DNA of 64,000 nt from Eledone cirrhosa (lineage: Eukaryota): the NCBI GenBank assembly GCA_964016885.1, contig OZ024740.1, positions 191,208,001-191,272,000 of the forward strand, read 5' to 3'. Made by a program: the position numbers and the translations under genes. Within the stretch, counting starts at the first letter, position 1. Every line of letters begins with the position of its first letter. This document shows, in pieces, positions 1 to 14,804 of this stretch. The notes below the pieces were generated by a model that was not told the origin of the DNA, searched no databases, and saw only the letters and a list, made by a program, of their open reading frames with translations.

Positions 1-1169
1 GCACCTACGAACTATATTTGCATTACTGCTGCAAATTTGCGAACTGAGGGATGCTATCTCTTTGTGGGTCAAGTATAAAGATGACTTATCCGAGGACTAC
101 AAACGTCAGGCGCAAGTGCAATAGTCTGAGATGGAACGTACCAGCGACGAGGCCTTCAATCTAGCGTTGATTGACATAGAGGATAGAGTTACATCACTCG
201 GCTGAAATTATTTCCCCTCATATGGTCTGCCCCAAACTATCCGTGCAGGGTCAATCGTACTTCCTACAGCTCTTCTCCGAGAAACGTCCTACGACGTTGA
301 TGCTCTTACAAGTACGTTCTTGAAACTGAACCACAACTTCTTCCGGACCAACATCGTGCTTACACCATTGTTGATGTTAACAACCAGCATGAGAGTACAA
401 TTACACGGCGGCCAAACGTCCGCGGAATTTGCACAGGACATTTTGAAACTTGGCGACGGCAAAATAACTCCGGATTTTTGACCTCAGTTAATTCTGCGGT
501 GGAGCGATAAAGTGTTTCCAGATTTGATAGACAATTACAAGAGCAACGCATTGTTGTGTGAAAGAGCAGTGCTAGCTCCAAAAAGCATCGCTGTTAACAA
601 AAAAACCAACGACCAACTACTGCACTCCCTTCCTGGTGTTCTTCACACTTACAAATTTGTTGACACGATACCAGAAACCAATGAAATGGTGAACTTTTCG
701 GCGGAGTTCCCCAATTCCTTGGAGCCCCCAGGACTACCGCTTCACATGCTTCTCCTGAAGGTGTGCACCTCTCTAATACTGCTACGGAATTTGGAACCAC
801 CAAGACTGTGCAACGGGACAGGGCTGGCTGTAAAATAATTGATGGCACATGTAATCGAGGCAACAATCCTTTCTGGATGCGGAAAAAGGTGATGAGGTCT
901 TCATTACGAGAATTCCTCTCATTCCCTCGAGAGCTGAAATTCCGTTCACCTTCCGAAGAATCCAATTTCGGCTTCGGGTCAGTTTTGCTATGTCGATAAA
1001 CAAGTCCCAGGCCAGATTCTTTCTGTGGCCGGATTTCTTCTGGAAGAACCGTGTTTCTCCAACGGACAATTGTACGTTGGGTGCTCTAGAGTGGGCAGCA
1101 GGGAAAGTCTTTTTCGCATTTGCACGCCGAAGAAAAACAAGAAGCATCGTTTACAACGAGGTGTTGTAA
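1..1169 (+). pseudogene. Degenerate Helitron RepHel C-terminal Pif1-like helicase (5' part outside window)
   Basis: Frame-broken motifs LTTSMRV..FAQDILKLGDG, ERAVLAPK, PPGLPLHMLLLKV..LILLRNLEPPRLCNGT, SFAMSINKSQ, PCFSNGQLYVGCSRV, SIVYNEVL*. It has stops and frameshifts, and the Walker A region appears deleted near 370. Confidence 0.9.
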
Positions 1170-1923
1170 ATGCAACAGCGAGGAGATAGGTCCGTAATCA
1201 CGATTTCTTTAGCCAGCCTGATGAGCTTTGAAACAGTCTCTTAACTAAAACGTATGTTTCCCCCTGTTTAAGATGATCTCCTTTAGAGAAGAACCCAGCT
1301 TGACAATCGGCGCCGCAATTTAAGGTGGATGAACAAATCGTGAACGCATACAAAGTCATTCTAATGGCTGCCAATGAACGCAACTGAAGTCCTTTTTGCG
1401 GCCGTGGAGGACGCAGTCAAAGTCGTTTCAAGGGCCCTTTTTACCGCCGAAATTGTTGATGGTAACCCCTTATTTTTAGGGCTGTCAGTGAACGCACACA
1501 CAACTCTATTTAAGGGGCCCTACTTGAAATTGTTTGTAGACTACCGCAATGGTAAATTCATATCGACAAGCATCCGCTAAAACAGTGTTATAAGCGCTAC
1601 AGTGACCAGATAGGTACGTTATCGCTCTTCTTAACAAGCCCGGTTACCTGTACTTATTTTTCCTAACAACATTTGCTTTCTTTGGTTATAGGTGGACACA
1701 CACACAAACATGTCTTAGCCCCTCCCTCCTCCATGAAATTGGAAATTTATTTTGCTCACAACAATTTTTTTTTTTATGAACTAAGAATTGATTTCATAGT
1801 GTGTCCCAATTGAAGAATAAAGTGAATTTAGAATAACACATTTCTATACAACATATTTTGCTGTTTTCTTCGAATATGTAAGGAACAATTTCATTCCCGT
1901 GCAACGCCGGGTGCCTATGCTAA
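1..1923 (+). mobile_element. Helitron 3' portion with subterminal hairpin and CTRR-type end
   Basis: Helicase remnant, then CCCGTGCAACGCCGGG hairpin (1896-1911) and CTAA at 1920-1923 followed by T, the canonical Helitron 3' end layout. Confidence 0.75.
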
Positions 1924-2004
1924 TTATATATAGAAAAGATTTTCAAATGAATAGAACTGTTTCAATTGGATGAAACAGTTCTATGTCTGTAGATATAACA
2001 GTTC

Positions 2005-2162
<158 letters not shown>

Positions 2163-3158
2163 ACTGGCGATGTCGCTTCAGATTTCAGAATATGCGTAAA
2201 AGTTTTCGAGATTCGGATTGAATCGATGACACCAATATTAAAATGTCGAAAACATTGAATGATTTTCCACCTTGAAGCAAGTATTCTGAATCGGAAATTG
2301 ACTTCATGTGATGCAGTTTCATCAATAACGTGTATTACACATACAATGGTGTATTGCATAAAAAATATTTCCGTTCTTCGGAAAGAAAATACCTCGAGAA
2401 AATGTAATAAAAATATGAATGGGAAAGAGAGAATATTTTCAAAATGTGTATTACTTTTACAATTGAATTTTAATAGAGGTGAATACGCAAAAGTTATAAT
2501 AAAGGGAAACGTTTCGATAAAAAAAGTAAAATATATTGCGAGTTAAACACATAAAACGACATCAATTATAATACAAATAACATTGGATATTCTTCTAAAA
2601 TACGTAGTTGAAGAGAGGACTTTGTAGCAGACTACGTAACTTTGCTATCACATACAATCATATAGTAACCTGACGTGGAACTAGGTGTATGTGTCTTCTC
2701 ATCAAATAACTGTGAATTAACACTTTGCCCTCATTTATAAAAATGAAGAATATGATGCCATTGAGGAGGAGGAAGGACATAATGCAGGGAACGATGGCCT
2801 AACTTTGAGTTATTTTAATGGAGAATTTTAGGTATTCCTCGTACAGTGCAAGGGCTTTAGGTAGGGAAACACGCATACTGGTATACTAATTGAGTAGCTT
2901 TATGTCTATTGCGATTTTAATACACAAAACTTCCTGTATATGTATTTTTACATGCCTACATATATATATATGTATATATATATATATACATATATATTTA
3001 TATATAAATATTGTTATACTTTGGGAGGGTCATGTTGCCAATAAGAAACACACGCACCAGTTGTTTCACTTCAATGTATTATAATAAATTTATAATAAAT
3101 TTATAAATTTGTAAATTTCTGGTTGCTTGGTTCCACAACCAGATAGTTGTTTATATAT

Positions 3159-3203
3159 AGTCATAGTTATTTCGCCACACACTCTGTGACCTCTTCAGTG
3201 ACT
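3159..3203 (-). ncRNA. Minimal type I hammerhead ribozyme
   Basis: Minus strand: agtca CTGAAGA g gtcaca-gagtg-tgtggc GAAA taac TA tgact; stem I agtca/tgact. Confidence 0.7.
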
Positions 3204-3529
3204 GGGGATTCCTTTCTTTGTTTCTGTGCCTCTCCTTTTTTCTGTCCTACGCCATTTTGTTTATGTGTGTGTGTTGTGTAATTAAATAGAAAATATGAGT
3301 GGAACAGCAACATCACAACTTACAATTAAGGACAAAATGAAAACACACACACACATAGAACAAACAACCAACCAGTAACATGTAAATAAACAAATAAATA
3401 AATGAACATAAACACACACAGACACCCGGATGTGGTGCATGCGCAGACTGAGCACACAACACATACACAGAAACGAAATGGCGTAGGACAGAACAAAGGA
3501 GAGGCACAGAAACAAAGAAAGGAATCACC

Positions 3530-3574
3530 AGTCACTGAAGAGGTCACAGAGTGTGTGACGAAAGAACTATGACT
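3530..3574 (+). ncRNA. Minimal type I hammerhead ribozyme
   Basis: agtca CTGAAGA g gtcaca-gagtg-tgtgac GAAA gaac TA tgact. Confidence 0.7.
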
Positions 3575-3786
3575 ATATATAAACCACTATCTGGTTGTGG
3601 AACCAACCAACCAACCAGAAATTTATAAATTTATAAATTTATTATAAATTTATTATAATAAATTGAAGTGAAAGCAACTGGTGCGTGTGTTTCTTATTGG
3701 CAACATCACCCTCCCAAAGTATAACAATATCGGTTTCAACACACGATTTCAGATAAAGAATCTTGCTAAACAAATTCAGAAACGAA

Positions 3787-3886
<100 letters not shown>

Positions 3887-3948
3887 AGCTGACTTTTGGG
3901 AGGCTCCCATACAGCTCTGAGTTTTTCATCCTATATATATATATATAC

Positions 3949-5070
3949 ATATCAAAATGAAAATCCGAAGGCAAGGTAAAATTCCAATCATTTAATCACG
4001 TCACATCTTTCAATAAGAGATAGATCGATTGTGAAGCCATGATCGATTATCACTGATCTCATCAGGTGAAAATGAATTGTCTTCAAATGCTTGATATGTG
4101 GGAGGGAAAATAACGATGTTCTCTCACAGAATCATTCCCTCATATGGAGACACACCAGTCAGTCAGAGACACGGCGAATGCTTCAGCTGAGGTCATAAAA
4201 CTTTTCCGATTTCTATCGCTGCAAAAGACGCTGGACATAAATCAAATCTGTAGATATTCCATCAGTCAGAGTTAAAAGTGAGTGGGTACACACACACTCC
4301 ACACCCACATACATCGGTTCGAGGTCAAATAAAAATATATACATATATTTACACACATCAACACAGTATTAAACCCGTAGAATTAGCGTGGGTGGGTACA
4401 CACACACATTATTACACACACCGAAGCGATGTCCGAGAAAAAGAAAAAATATATATATAAGAAAACAAATATAAGATGTACCAACACAGCACTCACCGAA
4501 AGTTTGTTCACAAAGCAACAGAAGCTTTGTCGGTCATATCTCAATTTGACGATGTAAATTCGAAATATTGGGTTAATCGGACATCGCTTCGGTGTGTGTG
4601 AAAGTGTGTGTGCACTCACCCACTCTAATTATACGGGTTTAATACTGTGCTGAAGTGTGTAAATATATGTATATATTTTTCTTTGACCTCGAATCGATGT
4701 ATGTCGGTGTGAAGTGTGTGTGTACCCACTCACATTTAACTGTGACTGACTGTATCCCTACAGATTTGATTGATGTCCAGCGTCTTTTGCAGCGATAGAA
4801 ATCTGAAAACTGTTATGACCTCAACTGAAGCTAATAGCAGTCGCCGTGTTTCTGACTGACTGGTGTGTCTCCATATGAGGGAATGAATTCTGTGAGAGAA
4901 CATCGTTATTTTTTCCTCCCTCATATCAAGAATCTGAAGACAATTCATTTTCACCTGATGAGTTCAGTGATAATTGATCATGGCTTCACAATCGATCTAT
5001 CTCTTGTTGAAACATGTGTCGTGATTAAATGAATGGAATGTTACTTTGCCTTCTGATTTTCATGTTGATA
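3949..5070. mobile_element. Large fold-back pLTR-like element (~480-bp arms)
   Basis: 3949-4426 is the reverse complement of ~4577-5070 with a ~150-bp spacer. HHR-like motif in each arm and (TA)n nearby on both sides. Confidence 0.75.
4951..5024 (+). ncRNA. Hammerhead-like motif with extended stem II
   Basis: tcac CTGATGA [~47 nt, partly self-pairing] GAAA catgtg TC gtga. The mirror copy at 3996-4069 (-) has a mutated cleavage triplet. Confidence 0.55.
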
Positions 5071-5206
5071 CTTATACTCCGTTTACATCATCTAGCTATT
5101 CCCTCGAATTGAATGGGAGATATACAAAATTGTGGAGAACTTAATATTGCTAACATAAAATTATTGGACCATTTTACACAGCCAATAATGCACCTTACTA
5201 TATAAC

Positions 5207-5280
<74 letters not shown>

Positions 5281-5287
<7 letters not shown>

Positions 5288-5688
5288 TAAAAGGAATTCC
5301 AACTTTGTCTGATTTACTCGTTTTATTTACAATCCTTGAACATTTATAAGGGTATTAGAATGAAATAGTATGGTAGAATAGTAAATGTTAAGTGTTAATT
5401 GAACAAGTACTTTCATGCTTTCGCAATCTTCAGGTTCAGGTTCAAGTTTACAATTTTCAACATTTGAAAATTGTAAACTTGACTGTCACCACATAATATG
5501 AACCTGAAGATTGCGAAAGCATGACAGTACTTGTTCAATTAACACTTAACATTTAATATTCTGCCATACTATTTCATTCTAATACCATTATAAATGTTCA
5601 AGGATCGTAAATAAAACGAGTAAATCAGACAAAGTTGGAATTATTTTTATTAATATAATCTTCTATACACAATCATACACCCCCGTGT

Positions 5689-5690
<2 letters not shown>
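5281..5690. mobile_element. Short fold-back pLTR-like element between (TA)n and (CT)n(TA)n
   Basis: Arms 5281-5438 and 5499-5657, an inner hairpin at ~5443-5482, and a ~30-nt tail on the right arm only. Confidence 0.75.
5400..5438 (-). ncRNA. Minimal type I hammerhead ribozyme
   Basis: Minus strand: tgaac CTGAAGA t tgc-gaaa-gca t GAAA gtac TT gttca, with palindromic stem III AGTACT. The plus copy (5499-5537) has GAAA>GACA. Confidence 0.75.
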
Positions 5691-5778
<88 letters not shown>

Positions 5779-6204
5779 GACAACTTTATATATATATGCA
5801 TGACAACTTTAATTTAATTTTGGTTAGATGTATATATATGAATATTCATAAAATTTAAGTTTTCTCAGCGTGGAAGGTAGCCTTTAACCGTTGGATACTA
5901 TTTGCATAGTAAAGAAAAATTGATGGGTGCATGGTAAGATATTAACAAACATCGGACCGAGAGTGTAGGATAGAGGGCGAAGAAAGAGAGATATAGAAGG
6001 GGAGATGGGGCCGGAGAAATATTGGGGACTTGAACGATCGAGAAACACGCAGTGAGGGATAGAAAGATGGAGGGAATAGATTAACAAGAACATGAAACAG
6101 TTTCTCACGTGGGAAAAGGACTATATATAGAATTATATGGATTCGCACAGGATTCAAATCTCTTTTGTTCAAACGCTAGAAAAAGAGGAGAGAGTAATAG
6201 GGGA

Positions 6205-6930
6205 CATCCGCCTCAAGCTGCGATCGGAGAAAGAAAGACTCTTTGCTGTTCGAAATGGAGCAGCCGAAACCACTGTTGGAAATAACAGCAGCAGCAGTGG
6301 CATAAATGAAGAGAACCAATGGCTGGACATACACAGAGAGAGTATGCTTGCTGTTTGAACGGCAACAGCAGCAGCAGCAAGCGGAAGTAACATTGGTAAC
6401 GAATGAAACAGGGGGAGGGGAAAAGGCGAGAAACCAAAAATGGGGAAAAAATACAGATATAGCGAGTTACCTGCCTCTTGACCCTATCCGTTCGGTGTAG
6501 AAGGCCTGACCTGGCTCATGTTATGTATAAAACATTATTTTGAAACCTTCGAATCGATGAGGGTATATGAATCTTCGTATACTGAAATTTTTCATATATT
6601 CGCTTCAAACCTTTCCAATTAATGTTTTATATGTTTTGAGGCAGAAGTCCCCCATTGCTCTTTTTTTTTCTCGGGTTTTCGTTTCCCCTTGTTTTTGTTG
6701 TTTCCACTGTTAACTCCGCTTGCTGCTGCTGCTGTTCCCGTTCAAATAGCAAACATACTCTATCTTTGTATCTCCCGCCATTGACTCCCTTCATGTTTGC
6801 CATAGCTGCTGCTGTTAATTCCGGCTGCTGTTGCGGCTGCATCCTTTCGAACGGCAAGGAGGCTCTATCTTGGTATCTCCCGCCATTGGCTCCCTTCATT
6901 TTTGCCTCTGCTACTGTTGTTATTTCCACC
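6205..6930. repeat. Diverged inverted repeat built from ~117-bp CAG-containing units
   Basis: 6240-6450 resembles the reverse complement of 6655-6930, and the unit is tandemly duplicated (e.g. tatctcccgccattg at ~6769 and ~6874). Confidence 0.6.
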
Positions 6931-8226
6931 TGCTAAAAGGGAGTAAAGTTCCCTATAAATCGAAGATAATCGGAAATAGTAAAGGTTTTATTTAATCCAA
7001 CTCAATATATATTTATATTTTTTAAGTTAAATACAGTTACAAACATCACCATGCTTTGGGGAATTGTTTATGGTAGTGGGAAGATTGTAGAAAATATGTT
7101 ATTTTACTTCCTTATTGTGGGTGTTTGTACAGTTTCGGCACGATTGTGTATATAGTTCACGTTTAATTGTAGGGTTCTCTTATATGAACAAGGATAAAGG
7201 AATGAAAAAAAATAAATAAAATAAAAACAAATTAAGATAGAAAGATGATTGAATGGGATCCATTCGGAAGAAAAAAACATTCTGAAAGAATAAATAGATA
7301 AATGCTTCTAAAAAAAACCTTTCGTTTAAGTTTTAAATTATGAAAAAAAACATATTTCAAATTATGATTGTTTCATTTTCTTGTGTTGTATTTTTGTGGT
7401 TGTATGGGTGTGTTTGCGTGCACGTGTGTGATTTCAAATGAGTAGGCTTGCTTTCAGATGTATGTCGATATTGATATGATAAAATACAAATTCGGGAGTG
7501 CCAGATATTATTTAGTTTTAATGGAATGTATTCGATTATTTAACGGGATATTTCTATATTCTGATGGAATGTTCACATTATTCTTATTTATTACGTAAAC
7601 AATAATCTAACCTTACTACTGCAATTATTTCTCCCTTAATATTTCCAATAATATAATTCCTCTAAATCTAATATTCGATGAATAACTAATATTTAACAGT
7701 TCCGAACCGAACATCCTATTTATCTCACCAATTCATCTCGGAGAAAACACATCAGTATCTTTTATAATTCTCCAATTTCTTGTAAAATAAAGAAATGATG
7801 ATCACAGCCCGAATGAACTTCGGAAAATATTAAGGAGTTTCTCAGGTGACAAATGATCAAAGAGGTTATTAATGTCACATACATGTATCTCGATTTTGTA
7901 TTTAAATATCGCTTGAGATTTGATTTTATAAAACATCAATTTTCCGTAGATAATGGATGGTGCGTCCGACTAAAATTCAAACAAAATATATTGGGACTAA
8001 AATGTCAACGAAACGACAATCATGGCTAACGAGTAAAACGAAAATCAAAGGACGCAACAAAACAACATTCTGATTAACGCACAACACTATTTTTTTATCG
8101 ATGTATATTACACAAATTCGTATGAATGTGAACACTCGTTCAAGCACACACTCTCACACACGCACGCACACAGACACACATTCGTACATATGTATACATC
8201 TCTCTCTCTCGCTCTTTCTCTCTCTC

Positions 8227-9340
<1,114 letters not shown>

Positions 9341-9395
9341 ATATATATATATATATGTATATATATATAACAATCTCTCTTTCCCTCTCCCTCCA

Positions 9396-9493
<98 letters not shown>

Positions 9494-9559
9494 GAGAGAG
9501 CGACAAACAGGGAGATAGAGAGAAAGAGAGATTGCTATATATATATTAATAATATATGC

Positions 9560-11815
9560 ACATATCCGACCCCACCACCTGCCGAATCTTCCAATCCCCC
9601 TTCCTTCAAACGCGCGCGGCACCTCCGCTCCCTCATCGTACGCAGCTCCCTACCCTCAACCCTCGTTTCCCTCGGTTCCCTTCCCTGCCCCAGACTTCGC
9701 TGCCACACCTTCCCCCACATCTCCAACACCACCACCTTCCAGGGTCCCAACTGCCACTCTCTCTCTCTCTCTCTCTCTCTGTCATGCCTTCCCCTGCACA
9801 TCTTGCAACCTCGTCTACGGACAGACCGGACGTCACCTGGAGGATCGGTTCATAGAACACTTCCGAGATATTCGTCTCGGCAGGTGTTCCCCCATCGCCT
9901 GCCAATTTCGGTCCCCTGGACACTCCGCTCACCACCTCACCGTCTGTGGCCAGATCCAATGCGATGGGACCGCCGCCATCCGCCTTATGGTCGAGCAACA
10001 CACCATCTCCACCCTACAGACCCCCCCCCGGCGGAATTCCCCACCCATCTTCCTTTAGCCTTCGACCATGCCCTTGCCATACACACACACCCTACTAACA
10101 CCACTAAAACATTCCCATGTTTCATCATCCCTTCCACTTCCTACCAACACCCACCCTTTGGCCCGCACCCTCAACAAGGACACACCCAGCAGTACATATA
10201 TACACTCACTCACACTATTCACACACCCTACTACCACAACTAAACCCTTCCCATTCATCAACATCCGACCACCCCACAACTAATAATACTAAAAATCCCC
10301 CTGATCCACTTCCCCCTCACCACAAACACACGATAACACACATCACACATACACCCACGTACACACCGATACACCACCCACCGCACGCCAACGTAAACGC
10401 CATTAACCAACTACTGACACACCCTCATTCAACCCACCCCCACCAATAATACTAACATACTCTACCACACACACACACACACTCATACCCAAACATGCAC
10501 ACACACACACCAGTACATTCCACTCACTCATACTGTCCAAAGCACCTTCTCTCCCTCTCTCCTCGCACTACAAATACCCCTACCCCAACACATACATACA
10601 TCCCACTAACACCCCCACTAATATACACCCCCACATTACCACCCGCTTTCTCAACCTTCCACACATACCCATTCCCTCCCCTGTCGGCTGCACTTCCGCA
10701 CACACATCCACACATTCCACACCACATACAGACCATCCCTACCACCCGCCAGCTCCCTCCTCCCTACATGCATGCTTGTCACCTTCGTACTGCTATATCC
10801 TTCCTCAATCCAACATCCTTCGCCGTTCATTGATCTTCTGACCACTTCCTGTTTCGCGTGTACCCCACAACTCTCTACTTCCTCAATACCATACCAAGGA
10901 TTCTACACCATCAGTCCACCGCTCCAGGCATCCACCCTGCTATACTCGGAATTTTTTAACACCCGTTCATACACTCTGCGGAAAACATCCAGGACAACAA
11001 ACAAACACAGTATTTTACCACTAGGGCGGTGGATTGGCAGTATCGGTAGAGGGTCGGATGCCATGCTTTCAAGCATAGTTACGTCCCTTTACGATCTGAG
11101 TTCAAATCCCGCCGAGGTTGACTTTGCCTTTCATCCTTACGGGGTCGATAAAATAAAGTACCAGTAATGCACTGGGTAATTGCTGGCCTTGTGCCTAAAG
11201 TAGAAACAAGTATTTTACCACTACGCAACGATAAATCCACATCACACAAAAACTCACACACGTGCATATCCTCACATACACACACTCAGCCTCCAGACTC
11301 CACTTTTCCCCTCTCCTCCACCACATCTGATCCCTCTCCATCCACCCACATACACACACTGACTCACACCACACCCCATGTACACATTGGTTTCCCTATT
11401 ACCCGAACATGGAACCTCGTTCTTCCCCAAACTCTCACATTCACATCCATGCACACACACCCACACACACAAACGTACACCTACACACATACGCACACAC
11501 CACCGTCCGCCCTCCCAGCTCGGACCCCTGTCTCCCTCTTCCCCTTCATCTGCCCACCACTACCACTTCACTTCACCAACCCTTTCACCACGTGTTAAAA
11601 AATTATATTTACCCTCTAAATATGTTGTTTTCCTTTAATGTCTTTCCACAACTCCCCTCACACCCTCGGAACTCATTTCCTGTACACTGTTCTCCTGGTG
11701 AAGAGCTTATGCCAGAAACGTCGTTCTACACCCCCACTCTCAAGCGTGAACCTAATACTAACACATTGTACTGCCTCTTCGCTTTGTTTATGTTTCTTGT
11801 TTTCTGTTTAAACTA

Positions 11816-11818
<3 letters not shown>
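9560..11818 (+). mobile_element. 5'-truncated Penelope-like element: GIY-YIG remnant plus long CA-rich 3' region
   Basis: ~9690-10040 reads RCHTFPHISNTTTFQGPN..FPCTSCNLVY/GQTGRHLEDRFIEHFRDIRLG..FRSPGHSAHHLTVCG..EQHTISTLQT. Degenerate HHR-like cctggtgaagag..gaaacgtc at ~11694-11722; ends at (TA)n. Confidence 0.75.
11024..11208 (+). mobile_element. tRNA-derived SINE with 15-bp TSD
   Basis: A-box-like TGGCAGTATCGG and B-box GTTCAAATCC; TSD agtattttaccacta at 11009-11023 and 11209-11223. Confidence 0.9.
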
Positions 11819-11912
<94 letters not shown>

Positions 11913-12544
11913 ATATATAGAGCAGCACACAGATACAGCGGACACAAGCATATACATGAATATATCCACATCCATCCTAGAGTTAATGGTGCCAACCTTA
12001 ACCGATGTTGCTCTATGAATAACTGGGACAAACCAATCCGAATGGATTAGACTGAACCAGTATCAGAGCTATAAAGTACATTATGAAGAGAGAAGAAACA
12101 TTAGATATAATTAGTAATAAGATGTATCATACCTAAACTGGTTCTAAATTCTTCGACTACGTAGTTTCGTGGCATAATCAAAAACAATACATCACATAGA
12201 TATATAATTTTTGTGAGTTCTGCCAACTTATCAAGAGGATACCTCATTAAGGGTTTCAAAAACACGTCTGTAAGATGCGAGATAGAATCCCAAAAGGCGG
12301 AGGGGGAGTCAATCACGTGATACAGCGGTCACGAAACAGAGCTACGCCTCTTATAACCCTGAAAAAAATAACACGGAGGCGCAGGGGGTATTTATATCGA
12401 GGCCGTGGTTAAGGAGGCAAGAAGTATGAGTAATGTTAGCTTTCCAGCAGCCACTACACTTCAAGGGTTACTCGACCAAAGGGAGTTATAAACAATATAT
12501 AGAGAAACACACAGATATATATATATATATATATATAGGTTGTA

Positions 12545-13303
<759 letters not shown>

Positions 13304-14472
13304 GGCTGTGTATATATGCGCGTGTGTGAGTTTATGTTTGTGTGCGTATGTTGTGGGTCCACGATGTTTTATTGCTATACGTGTTTGACATGTAAAATAT
13401 TCGAATTAATTTCGTTCTATTACTCAGGGTATACTTTCGTGATATCTAGCGTTTGTCAATAAAATATGTGAAATTGATTACTTATTATTTTCGTGTTATG
13501 TACGAACTCTACTTTAAAATAGAATAACTCCTTTTCTTAACTATTTTAGGAAATATTTCTAATTTCTTTAACATCTTTCATTTCGCTTTGTTTAATACGA
13601 TGCAACGTTGTTTTGTTTCCTATGTTATTTATGACAACTATTTTTACATTATAACTAAGTTCAGTTTAGATGACTATAAATGAGATCACTACTTGTATAT
13701 TTCAACATATTTTTGAAAATTCATTGAAAATTGATTGCCCAATTTTATTATGTAAATTATAGAATCTCTTGTGAAAAACAATATTTGCCGTTTGTAAGTT
13801 ATAAAAGTATTGTTAGTTCTTTTTATTATTTTGCTACAACGTTAATCAACCATTTGTCTAAACATTTTTGTGCTTTAAAAATAAGCAACATCCAATAGAT
13901 TGTTTTGCCCTTTCTCTTAGCTGTATTAACAAATAATTATTATTGGATTACTGACCGCTTTCACTTTTGACTGTAGTTTATAGGTTTAACTTTTTATAAA
14001 GTGTTATTATATAAAATTAATGGGTAACTGATGTACACATTGCAGATAATCTAATGCGGATGTATGCAACAATATCTGGTATTAAATTAGAATTTTATGA
14101 TACAAAATGTTATAATTCTAATGACAATCATGTTTTATTTTGTGTTCCCTTACTTTTACCTTGAACAATCTCCCTTACGTTTCATATTCAACACTTATTT
14201 TATATATTATTCACTTTTTGACTTTATCTTTTCCTGAACAACCTCTCGTATTTTACCACCCTGATCCTTTATCACATACTTTCAACAACAACCTATTTTT
14301 ACAGCTATGGTCTATACATAGAGCACTCGTTTTTCCTTTGCACTTATCACACCAAAATATATTTATATATGTATAGTTATATATTTGTAATGCGCTGTCC
14401 TATACATAGAGCACTCGTTGTTCCCTTTGTTTTCTCTTCGGAAACACCTAACACATATTTTTATGTATATTT

Positions 14473-14523
<51 letters not shown>

Positions 14524-14526
14524 TTA

Positions 14527-14559
<33 letters not shown>

Positions 14560-14560
<1 letters not shown>

Positions 14561-14677
14561 CGGAATGATTTTCTATATGTTTCTTCGGAAAACATATTTA
14601 CTCCATTCCAGAAACTAATTAGTTGGAAGTGATTTTTTAGTAAGTAAGTTATAATTTTCTTATTTTACGTCTCTCAT
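14560..14677 (+). repeat. Truncated pLTR end between (TA)n tracts, 3' half of an HHR
   Basis: Reverse complement of 42783-42901. It begins right where CTGACGA would end and keeps GAAA ctaattag TT ggaag. Confidence 0.7.
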
Positions 14678-14738
14678 ATATATATATATATATATATTTA
14701 TATATGTATGTATGTGTGTGCATGTATGTGCATGTATG

Positions 14739-14804
<66 letters not shown>

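Noticed and set aside
6627-6929. Poly-Q repeat protein ORF
   Set aside because: It arises from the tandem/inverted repeat unit, and the frame is not kept in the opposite arm.
11024-11110. tRNA gene
   Set aside because: A/B boxes only, with no full cloverleaf; part of a multi-copy SINE with TSDs.
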